From positions 192,001 to 256,000 of the forward strand of contig CAWBOC010000007.1 of the NCBI GenBank assembly GCA_963790305.1: a stretch of DNA of 64,000 nt, written 5' to 3'. Position 1 is the first letter of the stretch; every line of letters starts with the position of its first letter. The stretch is from an uncultured Gemmatimonadaceae bacterium. GTDB taxonomy: Bacteria > Gemmatimonadota > Gemmatimonadetes > Gemmatimonadales > Gemmatimonadaceae. Shown piece after piece: positions 58,369 through 64,000 of this stretch. A program made the translations under genes and the position numbers. The notes under the pieces are model-generated. The model did no database searches. It was not told the DNA's origin and saw only the letters and a list, made by a program, of their open reading frames with translations.

Positions 58369-59644
58369 GCTCGCGCCAATCCTCCTGGCGTCGGTGCCGC
58401 GCGTCGCGACCGACGCGCGCGGTCGGCTGTGGGCGGATGCGCGTGGGATGAATGCGCGCGCCGTCGCCGGCGAGCTGCTCGAGTTGATGAGAGCTCGAGG
58501 GGTGATCGACGTGCGTGTGGGCGTGGCTTCGGCGCCGATCGTCGCGGAGCTGGCTGCAACGGCTGATTGCGCGCTGCCCGGAGGGCACCCGCTGATTGCT
58601 GATTGCGTATTCGTCGAGTCTGGTCGGGATGCCGAGTTTTTGGCGCCTCTGCCGATCAATGTGCTCTCGCCATCACCCAAGCTCCTTCCGTTGCTCGATG
58701 GGACCGGCATCGCCACCTGTGGTGATTTGGCGATTCTGGATCTCGAAGCAGTCGAAGTGCGTTTCGGCATCGAGGGCGTGCGGCTCTGGCAGCTCGCGCG
58801 GGCCGATGACCGGCGGCCGATCTTCACCGAGGTGCCCCGCGAGCTCCCGCACGCGTCGGTCGAGTGGGCCGACTACACGCTCACCGATCCCGAGCGGCTC
58901 GTCTTCATCATCAATGCGCTGGCCGAGCGAGTGATCACGTCGCTCGATGAGCGAGGGGAGAGCGCGCGGGAGCTGGCGCTCGTTCTGTCGCTCGCCAATC
59001 GCGAGCAGAATACCAGCCGGATGCGCTTCACGCGGCCGACCACGAATCGCAAGAGCTGGATGCGCCAGATCCGCGCCGTCCTCGAGCGGCTGACGTTAGG
59101 CGATGCGATCACCGGCGTGCTGCTCCGGGTCGACGCGCTCGCCGCCAAGCGAAGCCCGCAGGGCGACCTGTTCGACCGCGGCTTCGCCAGCGCCGGCGCG
59201 ACAGAGCAGGCGCTGGCGCAGCTCATGGATGATCAGGGCGAGATCCTGTTCACACCGCAGCGTACCGGCCATGCGCTGCTCGATCGACGGACGCGGTGGA
59301 TCGCCGAACAGCCGTCGACGCTCGTCGAGCGCAGCGGGAGCGAGGTCGGCGCCGCGCGCGCCCCTGCCCTGCCCAGCCTCACGCTGCAGCTCCTCCCCCA
59401 GCCGCAGCCCATCGCGGTCGTCACGAGCGAGCGCCGCGATCACTGCATCCCTCTGCGCTATCGGGACGACGTCGTCTGGCATGACCTCACCGATGTCGCG
59501 GGCCCGGATCGCACCTCGGGTGGCCACTGGGAGGGAGGCTACGCGCGCGAGTATTTCCGGGGAGTCAGGGAAGATGGGGTGCTGGTGTGGTTGTTTCGAG
59601 ATGCGATTGAGGAGACGTGGTTTCTTCACGGATTGTGGGATTGA
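58310..59644 (+). CDS. imuB: ImuB-like inactive Y-family polymerase
   Basis: FLAPLPI, GIATCGDLA, RFG..G, QGDLF clamp motif, GPDR.SG.HW...AREYF, WFLHG.WD. Confidence 0.85.
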   Translation: MSFVCLWTPRWQTDAASAAELAPILLASVPRVATDARGRLWADARGMNARAVAGELLELMRARGVIDVRVGVASAPIVAELAATADCALPGGHPLIADCVFVESGRDAEFLAPLPINVLSPSPKLLPLLDGTGIATCGDLAILDLEAVEVRFGIEGVRLWQLARADDRRPIFTEVPRELPHASVEWADYTLTDPERLVFIINALAERVITSLDERGESARELALVLSLANREQNTSRMRFTRPTTNRKSWMRQIRAVLERLTLGDAITGVLLRVDALAAKRSPQGDLFDRGFASAGATEQALAQLMDDQGEILFTPQRTGHALLDRRTRWIAEQPSTLVERSGSEVGAARAPALPSLTLQLLPQPQPIAVVTSERRDHCIPLRYRDDVVWHDLTDVAGPDRTSGGHWEGGYAREYFRGVREDGVLVWLFRDAIEETWFLHGLWD

Positions 59645-62600
59645 GTCGAGGCGGTCGAGGTCGTCCAGGTCGTCGAGGTGATCGAGGGAACGTCGCCTCG
59701 ATTACCTCGACGACCTCGACGACCTCGAGCACCTCTTGCTACTCCGAGCTCCGCACCCACACCGGCTTCTCGTTCGGCGACGGCGCCACCACCCCCGAGC
59801 GGCTCGTTATGCGCGCCCGGCAGCTCGGCTACACCAGTCTCGGCATCACGGATACCACGGACCTCGGAGCGGTGCCTCGGTTCGTGACCGAGGCGCGGAC
59901 GATCGCCAAGGATCCCGACTGTCGTCGCGCCGCGAGCCACGCCGACGAGCCCTGCCCCATCTGCGAGCGGCCGCTGCGGCCGATCGTTGGGGCGGAGCTC
60001 ATCGTCGACGGCTATCCCGCCGCCTTTCTCGTTCGCGATGAGCGCGGCTGTCGCAATTTGGCCGCGCTGCTCACCTGTGCTCGCGTCGGCAGATGGGAGG
60101 AGTGGGAGAAAGCGGCGCAGGGAAAGCGGCGCGGGCATCCACAGGTAACGTGGGAGCAGCTCGCCGCTCGCAGCGACGGGCTGCACGCGCTCACCGGGCC
60201 GGCGTCTGGGGAGATCGCGTCACTCTTACGCGCCGGCGATGAAGCGGGAGCCGAGCGCGCGCTCGACAGATGGCGCGACGTCTTTGGCGCTCGGATCGCG
60301 ATCGAAGCTCAACTCCATCACGTCGGCGGATCCGAAGCGATGCTCGCCGGGTCATTGATCGAGCTCGCCGAGCGTCGTGGAGTCCCGTGGGTCGTCGCGC
60401 ACGATCCGCGCTACCTCGACGACACGGGACGGCTCGTTCACGACATGCTCACGGCGCTTCGTCACGAGATGGATCTGTCGACGGCCGCCGAGCGCGGCGT
60501 CTTGCGACCTAACGGGGAATGGCGATTGATCGCGCCCGCGCAGATGGCGCGCCGGTGGCGAGGCCGAGCGGAAGGGCTGCGCGAGAGCCAGCGGATCGCC
60601 GAGGAATGTGAATTCGATCTGCGATGGATGCGTCCGCCGCTTCCGCACTACCCCGTCCCGGAGCGTAACGACGACGACTCGTATCTCCGCGAGCAGACCT
60701 ACGCCGGAGCACACGAGCGGTGGGGCACCACGCTTTCCGACGCACAGACGCATCAGCTCGAGCACGAGCTCGCCCTCATCAAGCAGCTCGGCTTCGCTGG
60801 ATTCTTTCTCGTCATGTGGGACGCCATGCAGTTCGCCCGTGAACGCGGAATCCTCTCCCAGGGACGCGGCAGCGCCGCCAACTCGGCGGTCGCGTACTGC
60901 CTCGGCATCACCGCCGTCGACCCCGTCAAACATGGCCTGCTGTTCGAGCGCTTTCTCTCCGAGATCCGCGCGGAGGGGGGCGCTGAAGCGCCGGACATTG
61001 ACGTGGACATTGAGCACGACCGGCGCGAGGAGGTGCTCGACTACGTCTATGCGCGCTACGACCGCGCGCACGCCGCCATCGCCTGCATCGTCCAGACGTA
61101 CCGCGCGCCCAACGCCGCGCAGGACGCGATGCGGGCGTTAGGCTACCCGCCGGAGATGATGTTCGCGATCTCGAAGCGCGTGCACCATCACGAGCCGGCG
61201 GCCGGCGCCGAGTACATTCGCGAGAGCGCCGCGGCGCGCGCGGGAGTCGACATCACTGACCAGCGCGGCCGCACCCTGCTTGCGGCAATGGCCGGCTTCG
61301 AGGGACTTCCCCGGCTTCGAGCGACCCACGTCGGGGGCTTCGTCCTCTCCTCCGCCCCACTCGGCGACTACCTGCCGATCGAGCAGACGACGATGGGGCG
61401 GACGATCGTGCAGTTCGACAAGGATGATCTCGACGCGGTCGGCGCGCCGAAGTTCGACTTCCTGGGGCTGGGGGCGCTGTCGCAGGTGCGCCGCGCGTTC
61501 GACGTCATTGAGCGGCGGACCGGCACGCGTCCCGAGATGTATCGGCTGCCGCAGGATGATGCGAAGAGCTACGACCTGATCGCGCGCGGCGAGACGATCG
61601 GGATGTTCCAGATCGAGAGTCGCGCGCAGATCGCATCGATCCTGCACACGCGTCCGGCATACCTGTACGATCTCGTGGTGCAGGTCGCGCTCATTCGGCC
61701 CGGGCCGATCCAGGCGAAGTTCGTTCACCCCTACACACAGCGGCGCCTCGGTCTCGAGAAAGTCGTGTACGCGCACCCGGCGCTCGAGCCGATTCTCCGG
61801 CGCACCCAAGGCATTCCGATCTTCCAGGAGCAGGCGATGGCGATCGCCATGGCGCTCGGCGGCTACACGGGCTCCGAGGCGGACGAGCTGCGGCGCACGA
61901 TGGGGAACCAGCGAAAGAAGGATCGTCTGCTTCGATCGCTGCAGCGGCTGGCGCATCGCCTCGTCGAGCACCAGATCGACGAGCGCATCGCATTGAAGAT
62001 CTGCGAGGACCTGCAGAGCTTCGCGAATTACGGCTTTCCCGAATCACATGCCTGGAGCTTCGCGCTCATCGCGTACGCGACCGCCTGGCTCAAAGCGCAC
62101 TATCCAGCGGAATTCTATGCCGGCTTGTTGAACTCGTGGCCGATGGGATTCTATCCCGTCTCGACGCTCATCCACGACGCGCGACGCCATGGAGTCGAGG
62201 TGCGGCCCGCCTGTCTTCGCGATGGCGATTGGGAATGCACGGTGGAAGAGACCGGCCAGCCCGACCGGCCGGCCATGCGCATCGGATGGCGGCACATCCG
62301 CAACGTGGGGACGAAGCTGCTCGATGCGCTACGCGCGAGTCGCAGCGATTCCCCCTGGACCTCGATCGCCGATGTCGTCAGGCGCACCCGACTCATTCGC
62401 AGTGATGCGCTGTCGCTGGCACGCGCGGGCGCATTCGGCGCCTGGGAGCCCGACCGGCGCCGCGCCGCCTGGCAGGCACTGCACGCCGTGGGAGACGTGC
62501 TTCCGCTCGCCCCAGCGCGGATGACATCACACGATCCGCCGCCCCTGGACCCGTTGCAGCTCATCTTTCTCGACTATACGACGACAGGGTCGAGCATCCA

Positions 62601-62964
62601 TGGGCATCCCATGCAGGCGCTGCGCGACAAGCTACGCCGCTGGGGCGCGATCGACAGCAAGGGTCTCGAGAAAGCTCGAAGTGGTGAGCGCATCATCGTG
62701 GGCGGGCTGGTCACGGTGCGTCAGCGCCCGGAGACGGCGAACGGGACGATCTTCCTGCTCCTGGAAGACGAGCACGGCTTCATCAACGTGATCGTTCCGC
62801 ATCAGCTCGTCGAGGCCAACGTCGAGGTAGTCAAGAACGCGACGTTCATTCTGGTGCTGGGCCGATTCGAGCGCGATGGCCAGGTGATGAACGTCGTGGG
62901 GCAGAAGTTCGCGACGCTGGAGGTAGCGGGAGAACTAGTTCATCGCTCACACGACTTCCATTGA
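59641..62964 (+). CDS. dnaE2: Error-prone DNA polymerase DnaE2
   Basis: PHP N-terminus, GRGSAANS, PDIDVD, FANYGFPESHA, OB fold RQRPETANG, C-terminal SHDFH; start uncertain. Confidence 0.93.
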   Translation: MSRGGRGRPGRRGDRGNVASITSTTSTTSSTSCYSELRTHTGFSFGDGATTPERLVMRARQLGYTSLGITDTTDLGAVPRFVTEARTIAKDPDCRRAASHADEPCPICERPLRPIVGAELIVDGYPAAFLVRDERGCRNLAALLTCARVGRWEEWEKAAQGKRRGHPQVTWEQLAARSDGLHALTGPASGEIASLLRAGDEAGAERALDRWRDVFGARIAIEAQLHHVGGSEAMLAGSLIELAERRGVPWVVAHDPRYLDDTGRLVHDMLTALRHEMDLSTAAERGVLRPNGEWRLIAPAQMARRWRGRAEGLRESQRIAEECEFDLRWMRPPLPHYPVPERNDDDSYLREQTYAGAHERWGTTLSDAQTHQLEHELALIKQLGFAGFFLVMWDAMQFARERGILSQGRGSAANSAVAYCLGITAVDPVKHGLLFERFLSEIRAEGGAEAPDIDVDIEHDRREEVLDYVYARYDRAHAAIACIVQTYRAPNAAQDAMRALGYPPEMMFAISKRVHHHEPAAGAEYIRESAAARAGVDITDQRGRTLLAAMAGFEGLPRLRATHVGGFVLSSAPLGDYLPIEQTTMGRTIVQFDKDDLDAVGAPKFDFLGLGALSQVRRAFDVIERRTGTRPEMYRLPQDDAKSYDLIARGETIGMFQIESRAQIASILHTRPAYLYDLVVQVALIRPGPIQAKFVHPYTQRRLGLEKVVYAHPALEPILRRTQGIPIFQEQAMAIAMALGGYTGSEADELRRTMGNQRKKDRLLRSLQRLAHRLVEHQIDERIALKICEDLQSFANYGFPESHAWSFALIAYATAWLKAHYPAEFYAGLLNSWPMGFYPVSTLIHDARRHGVEVRPACLRDGDWECTVEETGQPDRPAMRIGWRHIRNVGTKLLDALRASRSDSPWTSIADVVRRTRLIRSDALSLARAGAFGAWEPDRRRAAWQALHAVGDVLPLAPARMTSHDPPPLDPLQLIFLDYTTTGSSIHGHPMQALRDKLRRWGAIDSKGLEKARSGERIIVGGLVTVRQRPETANGTIFLLLEDEHGFINVIVPHQLVEANVEVVKNATFILVLGRFERDGQVMNVVGQKFATLEVAGELVHRSHDFH
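59645..59735. repeat. Family A element at the imuB/dnaE2 junction
   Basis: gtcgaggcggtcgaggtcgtccaggtcgtcgaggtgatcgagg...cctcgattacctcgacgacctcgacgacctcgagcacctc. Confidence 0.9.
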
Positions 62965-63007
62965 AGGACCACGTTGATTCCCGGCCCCTCTGCGCCCATT
63001 GTGAAGC

Positions 63008-63691
63008 ATGGCGACTCGTTCGCACGACATCTCCGCTTCCTCCACGCGCAGCGACGTTCCCGAGCCGCCGGCACCTGCGCTCGCGTCGCTGTGGGCGAAT
63101 CATCCCGGGCTGCTGCTCACCGCCTCCTATCTGATCATCACCGTGATCGGCCTGGTGTACGACGCGCGCCTGTACGCCGAGTTCCGGATCAACATCGCCG
63201 AGTACGCGGAAACGAGCGATTTCCTGCTCGCGGCCGCGCGGGCGCCGCTCATCATCCTCCTGAGCCTGTTGCCGTTGCCGCTCTTGCTCGTGGTGGCGTG
63301 GATCGACCGATGGTCGAGGCGCCGATTCCCACGTTACGCGGCCCTTTCGCGCCGCTCCGAACAGGCGATGGGCGGCGAGCGACGAGCGCGATTCATGTCG
63401 CGGGCGGTCTTCGTCGCCACGTATGCGCTCCTCTTCATGATGATGTACGCCGAGCGCGTCGCGGACGACATCAAGGGTGGGAGCGGCCGGCGCGTGGAGG
63501 TCGAGCTCGTCGACGGCGAGCCCGGGCCAGGCGAGCTTCCCATTCTGCTCGGCACCACGGCCAAGTTCGTGTTCCTGTATTACCCGACCGCGCGGCGCAC
63601 GCACGTCGTGCCGGCCGAGAACATTGCGAGGATCGTCGTGAATTCCACGCGCCGGGGTGACTCCGCGCGCGTGGAGTCCCCGCCGGAATGA
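63008..63691 (+). CDS. Hypothetical membrane protein (3 TM)
   Basis: INIAEYAETSDFLLAA, hydrophobic segments. Confidence 0.75.
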   Translation: MATRSHDISASSTRSDVPEPPAPALASLWANHPGLLLTASYLIITVIGLVYDARLYAEFRINIAEYAETSDFLLAAARAPLIILLSLLPLPLLLVVAWIDRWSRRRFPRYAALSRRSEQAMGGERRARFMSRAVFVATYALLFMMMYAERVADDIKGGSGRRVEVELVDGEPGPGELPILLGTTAKFVFLYYPTARRTHVVPAENIARIVVNSTRRGDSARVESPPE

Positions 63692-63774
63692 AGGACGTCG
63701 CGTCGCCACCCATCCTTCGTTCGCTGCTGTGGACCCGGCGAGATCGACTCTCGGTGGGAACGAGTGACTTAGGA

Positions 63775-63900
63775 ACTAGGGGTCAGGAGTCAGGGATCAG
63801 GGGGGTCAGGGAATGGGTGACAGGAGAACGGCTCGCGCGACCCCTGAACCCTCTTCCCTGACACCCCCTGATCCCCGACTCCTGACTCCTGACCCCTAGT
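63775..63900. repeat. Family C inverted tandem 7-mer element (TCAGGAG / CTCCTGA)
   Basis: actaggggtcaggagtcagggatcagggggg...ccccctgatccccgactcctgactcctgacccctagt. Confidence 0.9.
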
Positions 63901-64000
63901 CGTCCACGATCTCAAGATGATCACGTCCCCCAACATGGAGTCGTCATCGTTCGCCGAGTTCGCCGCGACGTGAAAGATCACCGTTCCCACATCCTCGCCC
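63790..64000 (-). CDS. 3' end of a gene entering from the right (Reeler/choice-of-anchor V-like C-terminus)
   Basis: VIFHVAANSANDDDSMLGD; frame reads through the family C repeat. Confidence 0.45.
   Translation of the reverse strand, partial: GEDVGTVIFHVAANSANDDDSMLGDVIILRSWTTRGQESGVGDQGVSGKRVQGSREPFSCHPFPDPPDP

Noticed and set aside
1..64000. tRNA, rRNA, IS elements or integrases
   Set aside because: None recognised by eye; GATCACCTC matches to the 16S tail are isolated 9-mers within repeats

Overview
High-GC (about 68-70% by eye), densely coding bacterial chromosome segment. Gene content and style suggest Gemmatimonadota, but this is inference. It holds about 65 genes: metabolism and envelope genes, a split MacB/FtsX-type ABC system, an ECF sigma/anti-sigma/DUF4097 cluster, an N6-adenine methyltransferase + SNF2-like helicase pair, and a DNA-damage cluster (two radical SAM genes + imuA-imuB-dnaE2). 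No rRNA, tRNA, CRISPR array, transposase or integrase was seen. Several single-base frameshifts look like long-read indel errors. Three non-gene signals stand out. (1) At least 14 dispersed elements are built from inverted arrays of 7- or 9-bp tandem units in four sequence families. In one case the two arms bracket a lower-GC four-helix-bundle (23S-IVS protein/bAvd-like) gene inserted antisense into an operon, suggesting a mobile or IVS-like element with many empty copies. (2) The heptamer CGTTAGG is over-represented and strand-biased (at least 21 on +, 8 on -). (3) A shared direct-repeat motif, CTTCGGTnTnTGTTCGGTA, lies in the promoters of both DNA-repair operons and is a candidate lineage-specific SOS box.
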